DNA from: a virus
Lineage: Duplodnaviria > Caudoviricetes
IMG/VR virus record: IMGVR_UViG_3300034006_000006
Location: 1 to 36,727 of that record
DNA length: 36,727 nt
Direction: 5' to 3' (one strand)
The notes beneath the pieces were generated by a model. That model ran no database searches. It was given only the letters and a program-made list of their open reading frames with translations, and was not told the DNA's origin. Both the position numbers and the translations under genes were made by a program. Below are positions 18,556 to 28,834 of this stretch, piece by piece. How positions within the stretch are numbered: position 1 is the first letter of the stretch; every line of letters starts with the position of its first letter.

Positions 18556-20598
18556 CTATGTGTTGATGACTAGAAATGCAGCTTTGGTTTCTGCCGTCGC
18601 GTTGGCCGTCAGATTGATTGTAAAACTGCCACCAGCAGGAACCACGTTCTTTATCTGCGCGGTAGCGTCGTTGCTATGCAGCACGCAGATGATTATTGAA
18701 TTAGTAGTCACAAGGCTGTTGGTGACGACTAGCTGAGATGTACCGGCAGCGAAGTTCACCCTGCCGGACGCTTTATTGATAGTCTGCGCGCCAGTAGTGC
18801 CAGCAGCTACGACTGTAGCGTCAAGCTTAATTAAGCCGTTCGTGGTGACACGAAATTTCTCAACGTTATTAGAGAAATATGCGAAGTCCTTACTCGTGGC
18901 CGCATCATCAATCCTTATCACAGAATTGCTGCCGTCATAGCCGAACCTTGCGCGATCCTGAACTTGCAGATAAGAGCTCGCCGCGCCAGAGCCTCCCGGA
19001 TTGATCTGCACCATTCCACCGCTTCCAACATTGAAAGAGCCGCCATTAGCTGTCAGCAGGCCGTCCTTCCTCACTGAGAATTGCGATACACCCGCGAGCT
19101 GGAAATCCAGAAAGAGGCTCGCCGCCGCCGAGGCAGTATCCGTCACATTCGCCTTCCAGTGGCTGAAGGTGACGCCCGCGTTATTCCATGTGACGGTCGA
19201 AGAGAGCGCGCCCGTGGCGGCATTGATGACGCCGAGCGCGATATTCAGAGTGCTGGTCAAGTTGCCGTTGATGTAAACGTTTCCGTCGAAGTATCCGGCA
19301 TATTTAGTGCCGGGGCCTGCGCCCTGTGCCTTCGCGTAGATGCCGTAGACCGTGTTGATCTGAGTGCTGCTGTTGTCGGCGACGAAATAGCCGCCGTAGA
19401 CGATGCCGTTGAGATTGTCGCCCTGCGTCAGTCCCTTGGCGTAGAGGCCGTAGATGACTTTCGCGCCAGAAGTGAGATTGCTTCCTGAGGCATCGAAATA
19501 GCCGCCGTAGGCGCTCGCGTCGTAGTGGCTAACGAAAGCCTTTCCCTTTACGCCGATAGCCACTGCGGGCGCGCCCCCTCCCTGATTCTCAGAGTAGCCA
19601 TAGACGCCCGCCGAGGTAGTGCCGAAGCCTCCGCCAACTGCTCCGAGGACGCCGTAGTTGGTCTGTCCGTCAGCAGTGTTGTTGTTCTGAGCGACGAAGG
19701 CGGCATCTCCGACCGGTAGAACGCCTGCACCAACCGCACGCTTTGTCACATTAAGCTGGCCCGTCATCGTGTCGCCAGTCACATTCACGTAGCGAGCATC
19801 GAAGGCCGCTAGGTCAGCGTCCAGCGTCAGCAGGTTGCCTGCATCATCGTAGACCTTCGTGAAATAGGTGCTGTCAACCAGAAGGCCGTTGACCCTGTCA
19901 TCAATCGCTTCGTTGAGGTTTGCGATGGCCGGGCTGGCGTTGATGGCATCTACCTGCGCCCACGCGTTGTAGAGAGAGCGCGCAAGGGGCCGCACGTCCG
20001 TTACCTTCGGAGCTGTCAGAACTACTGCGCCCGCTTCCACCCTGACCTGATAGAGGGGGACTTCATTCACCCCGGCCGCAGGAGCGACAGGAGCGACGCC
20101 GGCGACGCCCGGCCTCACGGCTATGGTGGCCGTGTTCCTACGCTCGGTCGGCACGTTGAAGTCTTGAGGGTCGCCCGGATCGACGCCCGCCTGAATTTCC
20201 AACTCAGATAGCAGCCTGCGATGCGGCAGCAGCAGAATATCCGCCCCTTGGTCTGCGGCCAGCACGGCCACAATCAGGTCGATGCGAGGGTTAGCCACGT
20301 CAGCAGCAGGCGTCGCCACCACAACATCAGCACCCGCAGGAAATGTCTCGTAATGAAGGCCGTTCGGGTCTACCGCTTCGCCCTTATGAATGGTAAGAGA
20401 AAGCCCGCCAGCCAGCGCGTAGCCGAAGCCGGCCACCCGCGCCGAGGGGGCTCCTGCAAGCAGGTAATCGCGCGCTAGGCTGTTGATGTGAGCATGGGCG
20501 TAGTCCTGACCCTTCATAAAGTCCGAAGACTTGAAGACTCTGCCATACTCGAATCCGTCTTCCGGGTTGTCATAAATCTGCACCAGAGATTCTCTCAT
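18556..20598 (-). CDS. tail fibre / receptor-binding protein
   Basis: N-terminal anchor (ADVANPRIDLIV…VPLYQVRV), GDTMTG fibre motif, repeated YG[GVIL]Y beta-repeats, Gly/Thr-rich C-terminus; follows the gpI-like gene. Confidence 0.8.
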   Translation of the reverse strand: MRESLVQIYDNPEDGFEYGRVFKSSDFMKGQDYAHAHINSLARDYLLAGAPSARVAGFGYALAGGLSLTIHKGEAVDPNGLHYETFPAGADVVVATPAADVANPRIDLIVAVLAADQGADILLLPHRRLLSELEIQAGVDPGDPQDFNVPTERRNTATIAVRPGVAGVAPVAPAAGVNEVPLYQVRVEAGAVVLTAPKVTDVRPLARSLYNAWAQVDAINASPAIANLNEAIDDRVNGLLVDSTYFTKVYDDAGNLLTLDADLAAFDARYVNVTGDTMTGQLNVTKRAVGAGVLPVGDAAFVAQNNNTADGQTNYGVLGAVGGGFGTTSAGVYGYSENQGGGAPAVAIGVKGKAFVSHYDASAYGGYFDASGSNLTSGAKVIYGLYAKGLTQGDNLNGIVYGGYFVADNSSTQINTVYGIYAKAQGAGPGTKYAGYFDGNVYINGNLTSTLNIALGVINAATGALSSTVTWNNAGVTFSHWKANVTDTASAAASLFLDFQLAGVSQFSVRKDGLLTANGGSFNVGSGGMVQINPGGSGAASSYLQVQDRARFGYDGSNSVIRIDDAATSKDFAYFSNNVEKFRVTTNGLIKLDATVVAAGTTGAQTINKASGRVNFAAGTSQLVVTNSLVTTNSIIICVLHSNDATAQIKNVVPAGGSFTINLTANATAETKAAFLVINT

Positions 20599-20610
20599 CG
20601 TTTCACCTCG

Positions 20611-21228
20611 CTATGCTGCGACCTTCTCTTCAATGATGAAGTGCTGTCCTAAAGGTTGTTGGAACCGTAAAAGCTCGTCTATGTCGAGCTTTGTGATTTG
20701 AAGCTGCGGATCAATGGCTATGTCCTGGTCAAAAAGAAACTCATCGTAATAATTCAGATTCTCAGGGACGCCTGCGACCATAGGGAATATCTGTATTACG
20801 ACGTATAGCGGTCCTGAGATCGCCCAACTGCTATTCTCTAAAATCATGTTGTCATAGTAGAGAGCGCGATTTATGACGCGAGCCGTGACGCCGAACTCCG
20901 CCAGAAATTCAACGATGCCGCGCGCCGTCCCGCGTCTCGCGTAGTGTGTCGCCACGTTGCGGTAAAAGCTCCTCTTCCTCTCCAGCGTGAACCAGCCGGG
21001 GAACCAGCCCCAGCCGAAGAAGGAGTAAAGGAAATAATTCAGGAACTCTTCAGTGGCCGTGTCAGGATTAATGCTCTTATGAAACTCAGCGAAGATGAAG
21101 TCATAATTATCGAGCTCCTGACAGAAGGGGCTCATGAAGCGCTTCAGGAACAGGAATTCATCCGCCGCGATATAACGCTCTGGCAGATTCGAGTAAAAGA
21201 ATTCCAGGTTGTTGATAAAGACGCTCAT
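20611..21228 (-). CDS. baseplate wedge protein, P2 gpI-like
   Basis: LPERY…FLKRF…INPDTATEEFLNYF…GW…YARRGTARGI. Confidence 0.85.
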   Translation of the reverse strand: MSVFINNLEFFYSNLPERYIAADEFLFLKRFMSPFCQELDNYDFIFAEFHKSINPDTATEEFLNYFLYSFFGWGWFPGWFTLERKRSFYRNVATHYARRGTARGIVEFLAEFGVTARVINRALYYDNMILENSSWAISGPLYVVIQIFPMVAGVPENLNYYDEFLFDQDIAIDPQLQITKLDIDELLRFQQPLGQHFIIEEKVAA

Positions 21229-21232
21229 TTAC

Positions 21233-22456
21233 TTAAACGACATTCACTGTCACGGTCACAAGCTTCGGCAGCTCATACGGCGCAACCTCTATATCAGCCA
21301 CAGGCTCGGCCAGAATCTCCCCGCCGGGCTGTGCCTCTATACGCCTGACTCCCTTTGTGCCTTCGATCACGGCGATGATCTCGCTTCTGGAGATGGTGCG
21401 ACCGAAGTTTTCCTCACGTGCGGAATAGAAATCCCTTAGATTTAATTCTATGGCCGCCAGCGTCGCGCTCTGAGTTATCAGGCCGTCGAGCTTTACATCG
21501 ACCTCGATATTGAACTCAACGAATTCCGGATCGCTGACGCTGATAAAGATGCCGCCGACCCATTCATTAGCCTTCTCTCTGGCCAGCGCTTTTACTTCGT
21601 CTGAGAAGGCGTGGCCGGTGCTCGTCATCATTACCACCGTGACGTAACCGGCCGTGGTCTTAATTGAGCCGTCAAGATTCAGCCAGTCGCCCTCTTTAAT
21701 TTTGTCGAAGACTTTGACTATACCGTTGCCGAGCAGCACCTCTTCCAGTATCGCTTCCTGTAAATCCTTCGCATTGACTATCCGCTCACCCCTGCGCTGA
21801 TAATGACGTACCCTCTCCAGAACAGCTTCTAAAGTCTCAGCGTCAGAGCCGGATTCAACTGCGTCAGGATTAGTTACGGCAGTGACGTAAAGCAGGGCAT
21901 CCACAATCCCCGTCACCGTGCCGGGAGCCAGCCTCACGCTGCCTGATGCCGTAGAGGTGGCCGAGACAGCCCCTTCCATTTCGCCTGCGGGAATCACCAG
22001 CTCTTCGTCGGTCGCAAAGACAGAGCCGTTTGTGGCGCGCGCTTCAGTCCCTGCCGGGATGATGACGTCAACTCCAGGAGGAGCAGCAGATGTAAAGAGC
22101 AGAGTAGTAGTAGCAGGTGTGGCTTCTCTCAGCTCTGCCCTGAAGAGGCGCGCAAACTCTATAACGTTCTGCTCCGGTACCTGATTGATGGCGCGCGTTA
22201 CGAAGCTGACGAGCCATGCAAAGGTCTCGATTAAGACTGTCTGCGGGCTGCCAGGCTCGGCATTTGTCAACTCCGCGCAGACTGGCGACGTAGGAAAGGT
22301 GCCAGCCAGCAGCATCTGCTTTGCCTCGAAGAGAACGGCAATATAGCGGTCGCAAAGTTCAGGCGTGAGTGCGCCGGAAACGCGCGCAATCGCCTGCGCC
22401 GCGAGAAGGTCTTCGTTTCGCACGTCCAGCATCGGTGCCTGAATAAGTTGTGCCAT
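21233..22456 (-). CDS. baseplate J-like wedge protein
   Basis: ATPATTTLLF…IPAGT…FATD…VTNPDAVESGSDAET…RIVNAKD; typical J-family pattern and position. Confidence 0.9.
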   Translation of the reverse strand: MAQLIQAPMLDVRNEDLLAAQAIARVSGALTPELCDRYIAVLFEAKQMLLAGTFPTSPVCAELTNAEPGSPQTVLIETFAWLVSFVTRAINQVPEQNVIEFARLFRAELREATPATTTLLFTSAAPPGVDVIIPAGTEARATNGSVFATDEELVIPAGEMEGAVSATSTASGSVRLAPGTVTGIVDALLYVTAVTNPDAVESGSDAETLEAVLERVRHYQRRGERIVNAKDLQEAILEEVLLGNGIVKVFDKIKEGDWLNLDGSIKTTAGYVTVVMMTSTGHAFSDEVKALAREKANEWVGGIFISVSDPEFVEFNIEVDVKLDGLITQSATLAAIELNLRDFYSAREENFGRTISRSEIIAVIEGTKGVRRIEAQPGGEILAEPVADIEVAPYELPKLVTVTVNVV

Positions 22457-22459
22457 CGA

Positions 22460-22897
22460 TTAGCTCCCAGTGAATTCAGGGCGAAGCTTCCACGCCGGGT
22501 AAACCATGCTGTGAGGCGTATTCGAGCCTCTTATCGTGTAAATAACCAGCAGCGCCGCTTGCTGCTGATCCAGAGAAAATTCTTGTATGAAGTTGCCATT
22601 TTCCAGAAAGCCCGGCCGGACGCTTATTGAAGAGATAATGGGCAGGTAATCCTTAACCTGCTCCTCCAGCTCGTAAGCCAGACGGGCCAGCCAGCCTGCG
22701 TCTGCTACCTGAAAGGTCGGGTCAGTTATGCCGTAGTCGGGAACCAGCACTCTTTCATAGCGCCGCGTCTCAATCAGGTCGGTTATGAACTGTCGAGCCA
22801 TCTCTTCCGGATCCGAGACAGTGGCCAAGCTGCCACGCGCATCCACGCGGAAAGGGAAAGAGAGGCATGAGCCGTGAATGCTCTTTACGGTCGCCAT
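22460..22897 (-). CDS. gp25/gpW-like baseplate (sheath initiator) protein
   Basis: LSFPFRVDARG…LIETRRYERVLVPDYG; start moved to the ATG at 22897 (TAATG overlap). Confidence 0.88.
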   Translation of the reverse strand: MATVKSIHGSCLSFPFRVDARGSLATVSDPEEMARQFITDLIETRRYERVLVPDYGITDPTFQVADAGWLARLAYELEEQVKDYLPIISSISVRPGFLENGNFIQEFSLDQQQAALLVIYTIRGSNTPHSMVYPAWKLRPEFTGS

Positions 22898-23439
22898 TAG
22901 ACAGCCCCCAGACAATTCATAGCGGTTTCGAGCCGCGAAGCCTGCGATTCCAACTCGCCGAAATACTGGTTGTAGCGCTCAATGAGCTTCGATTCAGTCC
23001 GGGTGCGAAGCTCTTCCGGGATGCTTTGCAAACCTGTTCTGAGTTGTTCCAGCTCTCCCATTCTGGCGTTAACGAAATTGATTCCCGCCTGTAACTCTTC
23101 AGTGACCTCCGCCACCGTCGCAGTTATTGCATTAACCATCGTCGCTATGTCGGCGGTGATTCGTACAATCTCTTCTGCGAAGCCAGCCGCGCGCGGTGGA
23201 TTGTCGAGCTGTCCGATGGTCATAGTGATGATTCGCTGCTCGTACTCTTTTTTCTTCTGCCGCAGATGATTGAGCCTCAGTATGTCCGGGCGGTTCCCGA
23301 AATTCCTGCCGATATAAGTCTGCCCGTCGCCGGAGAAGCAGCCGACAAAAGGCACGTTGATTGATGGAGCGTTAAACTCGCTCTGGATCGTTGGCACCTT
23401 CGCCGGGAGCCTTTGAATCTGCCCTGCTGCTATGCTCAC
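22897..23439 (-). CDS. hypothetical coiled-coil protein between spike and gp25
   Basis: 180 aa, coupled on both sides, helical C-terminal two-thirds, no PAAR motif. Confidence 0.65.
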   Translation of the reverse strand: MSIAAGQIQRLPAKVPTIQSEFNAPSINVPFVGCFSGDGQTYIGRNFGNRPDILRLNHLRQKKKEYEQRIITMTIGQLDNPPRAAGFAEEIVRITADIATMVNAITATVAEVTEELQAGINFVNARMGELEQLRTGLQSIPEELRTRTESKLIERYNQYFGELESQASRLETAMNCLGAV

Positions 23440-23924
23440 GCGCCACCCCCATCATCCACAGGACTGAAGATCAATCCGGCCGCTCCGCTAATCTGAACAG
23501 TCCCAAACTCGCTTTTTATGAGAACCCTGCCAGCCTGAAGCATTAGGTCACCTTCGCAGATAATCTTCAGGTCGCACGGGTATCTCAAGCAGGCGACACT
23601 TTCATCCGGAACGTCTTCAGGTAACGCCCCGGCCTCGTTGAATTGAGTCGTGTAGAACAGCTCATGCTTTCCGCCGGCGCGGCTCCACAGCGCCACCTCT
23701 ACGCCCCTCTGGGGAATGCTCGCAAAGCCATGCCCCTGCCTGCTGATGCTTCCGGGGAATGGTTTTATCCACTTTTCGCAGACCTCCGTTTCGCTGACGG
23801 CCGGGATGAGGACTTTAACCCTCCCGAGGTGTAGCGGGTCTTCATTGTCGGCGACGATGCCGTTCAGGCCATTAGGTAGACCAGACCGTCCGTCATCGTC
23901 TAGTTGTTCTGCCCTGCGGTTCAT
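23436..23924 (-). CDS. baseplate spike, gpV/gp5 OB-fold
   Basis: GIVADNEDPLHLGRVKVLIP…W…G…IPQRGVEV, followed by short beta-repeats. Confidence 0.88.
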   Translation of the reverse strand: MNRRAEQLDDDGRSGLPNGLNGIVADNEDPLHLGRVKVLIPAVSETEVCEKWIKPFPGSISRQGHGFASIPQRGVEVALWSRAGGKHELFYTTQFNEAGALPEDVPDESVACLRYPCDLKIICEGDLMLQAGRVLIKSEFGTVQISGAAGLIFSPVDDGGGA

Positions 23925-25053
23925 TTCTATTTCTTCTCCTTCTTCTCACTCCCGCAATATCACGCTTCAGTGTAAGTTCACAGCTAAACTCAGAAGGGCC
24001 AAGCGTATAAACGGCTTCTCTTACAATGTACTTTCCGCTATATAACGCACCTATGTTATTTAGTAGAACCGTATCGCCTTGAAACAACGGTATGCTGTTT
24101 TCAAGAAACTGAGGAAGTAGTTTGATGCGGTGTTCAAATGCGGATTCGCGTTGATTATAGCGGCGTGACCGTGCGCGGCGTCTCGCCTCTCTTTGTGTTC
24201 TAGTCGGTAAGTCTTCGGTCACATAGGATTGAGTTCCGCGCTCCGCTTCGCTTCCGTCTACGCCAGAAATACGACTGCCCGCCCGTCCCCTTGCTCTTAC
24301 TTCAACTCGCCCCTGACGACCTCTTTTATTTTCAGGTAGCTTATAAGTAAGGCTGAAACCGCGAAGCATTACAAAATCCCCGTTGTCACCTTTATATGTA
24401 AGGCTAGCTACAACTGCTCCCGTTCGTCCAGCTTCTTGCGCGTAAAGCTTATTACCGTTTGTGTACAATCGAAGCCCAGAGCGACGGGCGGCTTCTCTAG
24501 CAAGCTGCCAATCTGTTTGCTGAAATTGAAGGATTACGTCATGCTCTGCCGAGTCCGGCACGTTTCCGTTAATAACAAAGTCAAGGTCATGCTCTTTAGC
24601 GAGCTTTCTTAGCAGGTTAAGGTCTGTCGTTTTGTTGTGATACCTTGAATGCTTGCGCTGCTTCATCTTGTTAGATAAATCGTAGAAAGTGAACGTAGCT
24701 ATGTTGTTACTCCAAGAGTGGCGCGTAAGCATTCCCTGAAAAAGCGGGGGGAGTGTCGTCGGTTCATCAGAAGGCGAGCGATTAGATGCTAAAGTTCTGC
24801 GCGTTTGGTCGTGTGCTGTAGTTATAAATTCGCCTGCACCTATCCAGATTTTCACGCTTGACTTTTTCACGCCTGTAGAATCTAGGTGCGAATCAGTAAA
24901 TCGAAACTCAGGGTCATAGACGCTTATATTCGCCTCGCTTGAATGGTCTGTGCTTAGCTCTACCGACACTTGAGTAATAAGGCCGGGGTGCTTCCAAGAG
25001 TCCAGCAGTACATCATTCAATAAAACGAGTGTGTGTTTTTCTATTAGCGCCAA
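23893..25053 (-). CDS. baseplate hub, gpD/gp27-like (cassette-borne copy)
   Basis: LFQG…DLSNKMK…LAKEHDL…QFQQTDWQLAREAARRSG…GDTVLLNNIGALYSGKYIV; directly upstream of the spike. Confidence 0.87.
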   Translation of the reverse strand: MALIEKHTLVLLNDVLLDSWKHPGLITQVSVELSTDHSSEANISVYDPEFRFTDSHLDSTGVKKSSVKIWIGAGEFITTAHDQTRRTLASNRSPSDEPTTLPPLFQGMLTRHSWSNNIATFTFYDLSNKMKQRKHSRYHNKTTDLNLLRKLAKEHDLDFVINGNVPDSAEHDVILQFQQTDWQLAREAARRSGLRLYTNGNKLYAQEAGRTGAVVASLTYKGDNGDFVMLRGFSLTYKLPENKRGRQGRVEVRARGRAGSRISGVDGSEAERGTQSYVTEDLPTRTQREARRRARSRRYNQRESAFEHRIKLLPQFLENSIPLFQGDTVLLNNIGALYSGKYIVREAVYTLGPSEFSCELTLKRDIAGVRRRRRNRNEPQGRTTRR

Positions 25054-25080
25054 GAGGTTTATCTTTCCTTTACTTATAAC

Positions 25081-28000
25081 TCAGCTTCGCTCGTCATATT
25101 TCGCCTCTATATATCGCATCCGGCTTTCAAACTCAGCGAACAGTTCATCTTTGCTTTGGTCTAGTAGTTGTCGAAGCTTCGCTACCGATTCAGCATTTTC
25201 TTTAGAGCTTCCCGTAAACGTCGCGTTAATGTTCGGAGAGTAGTTCAAGTTAACTTGCGGTGCTGTAAAGCTGCCAGAAGGAACCGAAGACTGATTGACG
25301 TAAGCTGCCTCTGAGTATGCAACCTCTCTTAAAAGCTCCCTACCTCTTAACGAGCTTGTGCTGGGTAGATTTAACTCAGGTCGGTTTCGGGGAATCGTTA
25401 ATGCTTGATTGCTTCTCTTTCTGTCGGCATTAAGAGCGCGAGTCGATACCACAAACTTCTGTAGTTCATCGTTTGGAGTAACGAAGCCGTTAGCGTTTGG
25501 AGTGAATAGCTCAACGCCGCGCTCGCCTCCGATGTAGTCAACGCCTTTAAGAACTCTCCCGCCTTTAGCAAAGTAGCCGCCGAAAGGTCTAACGTTCGGA
25601 GTGCTGCTTGTCTGATTTGAAGGCGTTGGAAAAGCGGGGAACGTTGGTCGCTCTATGACAATAGAATTTACTCTGTCGGCTAAACTCTGAGCAGCCGAAG
25701 AGACGTTCCTGAATGCGGGGGGAATCTTATTAGCAGGGTCAACGCACTGGCCGAAAGCGTCTGCGGTCTGCTTGGCAGGCTCGGTAATACGGAGCAGGCT
25801 TTGTGCAAATTCCGGCATCCCCTGTAATCTTTTCTCGTCAAGCTGTTTGAGGTTGCCTATGCCAGTATTAGGAAGCGAGTTGATGAATACTGCTTCTATG
25901 GCTCGCTTTATGTTCTGCTGTCCCTCAGAAGATAATCCGAGTTGTGGTAGCTCGGTCTGAATAAAGCTTTGTCTTACATCTGGAATAGCTAGTTGAGGCG
26001 CGAATCGTTGAAGCATCTCTCTGTCTGTAGGTAGCGGCCCGTTACCATAAAAGGGTCTTGCTAATTTTCGATAAAGATTATTCTCAAACTCTTTAACAGT
26101 GAATATGCCTTCTGCTCTGCTGAGTTCGCCGCCGCGTGTTAGAGCCTCACGAACAGAACGCGCCGACGCTGCATAGTCAACGCTCTCCCCTCTCTCTCTC
26201 CTTTGTGTAATGTCTGCTAGCTGCGCGCTTGCGCCCCGCTCTACTCCTAATTGCTGCCTGTAGGCTTGCACGTTCTTGTAGCTTGCGAATGCACCGCCAG
26301 CAATAGCCATGATGCTAAAGGTCACAGGATTAGTAGCAAGGCCAGCAGCGCCGACAGCGCCCCGACCTATCAGACTTGCTCCGCCCGCAGCTACTTCCGA
26401 GTTGATGCCTCCGCCGCCACTTCCACCGCGTAACATACCGTTGAAAATGCCAACTCCGTCTGCGGCCTCCGCGCTCGCTTTACCTAAGCTTAGTATGCCA
26501 ATCAGGGCTGCGGCTGTTGTGGGGTTATCCGCAGACATAGCTTGAAGGCTCTTGATTTGATTTGATAGCTGCTCTGCTACGTTTCCGCCTAATGACATAA
26601 CGGGAGCGCCAGCCGCAGCCCTCGCATTCGTTTGTGAGGCTGTAAATTCTAAGAACTGTCCGAGCGGGTTTCCCCTCTCGAACATTGAACTATAAAAGCC
26701 CTCAATATCAGGAACTCTCATATAGTTCTGCGTCTCTTTGTCTAACTGCCTCCGCATGAGCATCATCTGTGCTACTTCACGCTTTGCCGTGCGGTTGCCG
26801 AACATCACTTCTAATTGTTTGGCTACAGCTTCTACGTTCGTAGTGTCAACGCCCTTCCTATCGAAAGCAGCCATTAACTTATCTGTGAAGATAAACGGGT
26901 CACGGCCCATTCCTTCGGCTATAGGGATAGCGCCGGGAAGCAGACGCGCAATCTTGCCCTGTTGATTGAACTCAACTTTTGAGCGGTCAAGCAGGCCCAT
27001 CTCACCCCAGTATTTAAGTTTATGTGCGGGGATTTGCCCGCCGACAACTGAGCTATAAAGAGAGGTGAGAGCAGTTCCGGCATTCTTGCCGCCCATTTGC
27101 TGGATAAGCGGCATAAACTTCATTATACCTTCCGGCGAGAACTGCATACCTACAATCTGACCCTGTTTGACGAAGTTGCGAAGCTCCGAAGGATTGACCT
27201 CTCCACCCGTAGCCAGATTTGATTGAGCTATGAGATTCAAATACTGCTTAGCGGTAGCGGTATCAATATCCTTGCCCATGAGTTCGACGGTTTTAGCGGC
27301 ATTGCTGAACGCTCTAATAGCCTCTTGACGGCCTACCCTGTCGCCGTTTAGCGCCTCTGTGGCTGCTAGGAATTTAGAGGCTTGAGGTAGCAACGCTATA
27401 GCATCATTAACGCTGCCCATAGTGCCCGTAAGGTTCGTGAGTAGTTCCGTCACGTCTACCTGACGCACGCCCCTTATTTGAGATGTTACTTGCTGTACTG
27501 CCTGCAAACCTCTGGCCTGCTCAGCTTGTGGATAGTTGAGCATTTGAAAATTGGTCTGTGCGCGTTTGAGTTCAAGGGCAGGGTCAATGAAGCCGCCCCT
27601 TACCATGTCATAGGTGCGTTGTGCAACATAACCGATATTGCGAGCCGTCTGCACTCCCCTGTTAAATCTGTCTACGTTGTCGTAGTCGCCGGATGCGCGC
27701 CGACCTCTGCGGCCTGTGCGTCCAGTCGCTCTAGCTGCTTCACGCTCTAAGCGTGCGCGCTCTCTTAGCAGTTTAATATCTGCTATCTCTGCGGAGCGTT
27801 GCGCGCCAGTGGCCCGCGCTTTGGTTTGAGTAAGCCTAGCCTGCTCACGTTCTAAACGAACGCGGTCTTGCATCAGCTTGACTTGCTCACGCACGGCGCG
27901 AGTCTCGCGGTTTAATGCTGTAGTAGTAGCTCCGCTCTTTGGCAGAGCGCTCTTAGGCAGGCTGCTATTAGGCTTTAGTTTGTTGAGCGCTCTTTGAAGT

Positions 28001-28119
28001 GATGTTGCCTCTTTATTCGCGCCGCGCAGTTGCTTAGTGAGAGCAGAGATACGCTTCTCCGCTTGGCCTTGAACCAAGAATTGAAGGATAAGCTTGTGTG
28101 TTTCAGAGCCTCTAGCCAT
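25081..28119 (-). CDS. tail tape measure protein (cassette copy, 1012 aa)
   Basis: Long Ala/Gly-rich helical protein with hydrophobic segments, C-terminal FAKGG…GERGVELFTP motif and NLNYSPNI; follows a chaperone gene. Confidence 0.85.
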   Translation of the reverse strand: MARGSETHKLILQFLVQGQAEKRISALTKQLRGANKEATSLQRALNKLKPNSSLPKSALPKSGATTTALNRETRAVREQVKLMQDRVRLEREQARLTQTKARATGAQRSAEIADIKLLRERARLEREAARATGRTGRRGRRASGDYDNVDRFNRGVQTARNIGYVAQRTYDMVRGGFIDPALELKRAQTNFQMLNYPQAEQARGLQAVQQVTSQIRGVRQVDVTELLTNLTGTMGSVNDAIALLPQASKFLAATEALNGDRVGRQEAIRAFSNAAKTVELMGKDIDTATAKQYLNLIAQSNLATGGEVNPSELRNFVKQGQIVGMQFSPEGIMKFMPLIQQMGGKNAGTALTSLYSSVVGGQIPAHKLKYWGEMGLLDRSKVEFNQQGKIARLLPGAIPIAEGMGRDPFIFTDKLMAAFDRKGVDTTNVEAVAKQLEVMFGNRTAKREVAQMMLMRRQLDKETQNYMRVPDIEGFYSSMFERGNPLGQFLEFTASQTNARAAAGAPVMSLGGNVAEQLSNQIKSLQAMSADNPTTAAALIGILSLGKASAEAADGVGIFNGMLRGGSGGGGINSEVAAGGASLIGRGAVGAAGLATNPVTFSIMAIAGGAFASYKNVQAYRQQLGVERGASAQLADITQRRERGESVDYAASARSVREALTRGGELSRAEGIFTVKEFENNLYRKLARPFYGNGPLPTDREMLQRFAPQLAIPDVRQSFIQTELPQLGLSSEGQQNIKRAIEAVFINSLPNTGIGNLKQLDEKRLQGMPEFAQSLLRITEPAKQTADAFGQCVDPANKIPPAFRNVSSAAQSLADRVNSIVIERPTFPAFPTPSNQTSSTPNVRPFGGYFAKGGRVLKGVDYIGGERGVELFTPNANGFVTPNDELQKFVVSTRALNADRKRSNQALTIPRNRPELNLPSTSSLRGRELLREVAYSEAAYVNQSSVPSGSFTAPQVNLNYSPNINATFTGSSKENAESVAKLRQLLDQSKDELFAEFESRMRYIEAKYDERS

Positions 28120-28135
28120 TAGCTACACTACCTCT

Positions 28136-28783
28136 TTAATTAGCCGCCGCTTGCGCTACCTCTTCATTTTCGGCTGCTTCGTTGAAGCTGTCAGAGTAAC
28201 GGAGCGATGTTTCGCGCAGGGCTAAAATATCTACCATGTCCATCTCTTCCAGAACGGTCATAGGTAACGGGCAGGGAAGAGAGAGCGCTCCGTCTTGAGT
28301 GGTAAAACTGATAATCTCTTTTCGGAGTAAGTAGCAGACACGTTTCATTCCCGTATAGCGTTTGTCGTCTGCTTCAATCTCATCAAAGCCTGTAAGTAAG
28401 TAGCCAAACTTAGCGACGTTGTAAATAGAGCCGTCACGCTCAATTCCAAAAGCGAGTCTGACAGTATCATCAGAGATTATTTCAACCTCGCGCTCTTTTG
28501 ACGTTTCGCGTATGAAGTCCTCATACGCTTTAACAAGCCGTTCCCTGTCTATTGAAACTAAAGAAAGAAAAGCCTTCATAGGGAAAGGCTCTTTTAGCTC
28601 TCCAAAGCTCACAGTCGCCGCCCGATAAAACGGTAAGTCTGTCACCGAAGGGGTCAACCCTTTTAACTCTTCGTCAATCTCAAACAGGTCGCGCCCCTTT
28701 ATACGTCGCCCTATCGTGGCGCTTTTATGCTCTTTGCCGTTCTCGTCAGTGTACCCTCTGAGAAACTTGACCGATTGCTGCAT
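28136..28783 (-). CDS. tail assembly chaperone, tandem gpE/Mu gp41-like domains
   Basis: Two similar halves (VKFLRGYTDENG…IKGRDLFE…LSLVSIDRERL / VRLAFGIERDG…LTGFDEIE…LEEMDMVDILAL); directly upstream of the tape measure. Confidence 0.65.
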   Translation of the reverse strand: MQQSVKFLRGYTDENGKEHKSATIGRRIKGRDLFEIDEELKGLTPSVTDLPFYRAATVSFGELKEPFPMKAFLSLVSIDRERLVKAYEDFIRETSKEREVEIISDDTVRLAFGIERDGSIYNVAKFGYLLTGFDEIEADDKRYTGMKRVCYLLRKEIISFTTQDGALSLPCPLPMTVLEEMDMVDILALRETSLRYSDSFNEAAENEEVAQAAAN

Positions 28784-28834
28784 TGTTCAACTCTCCCTGC
28801 GTCAATTTTCTTTTTTCGACTCGTATAAAAGACA

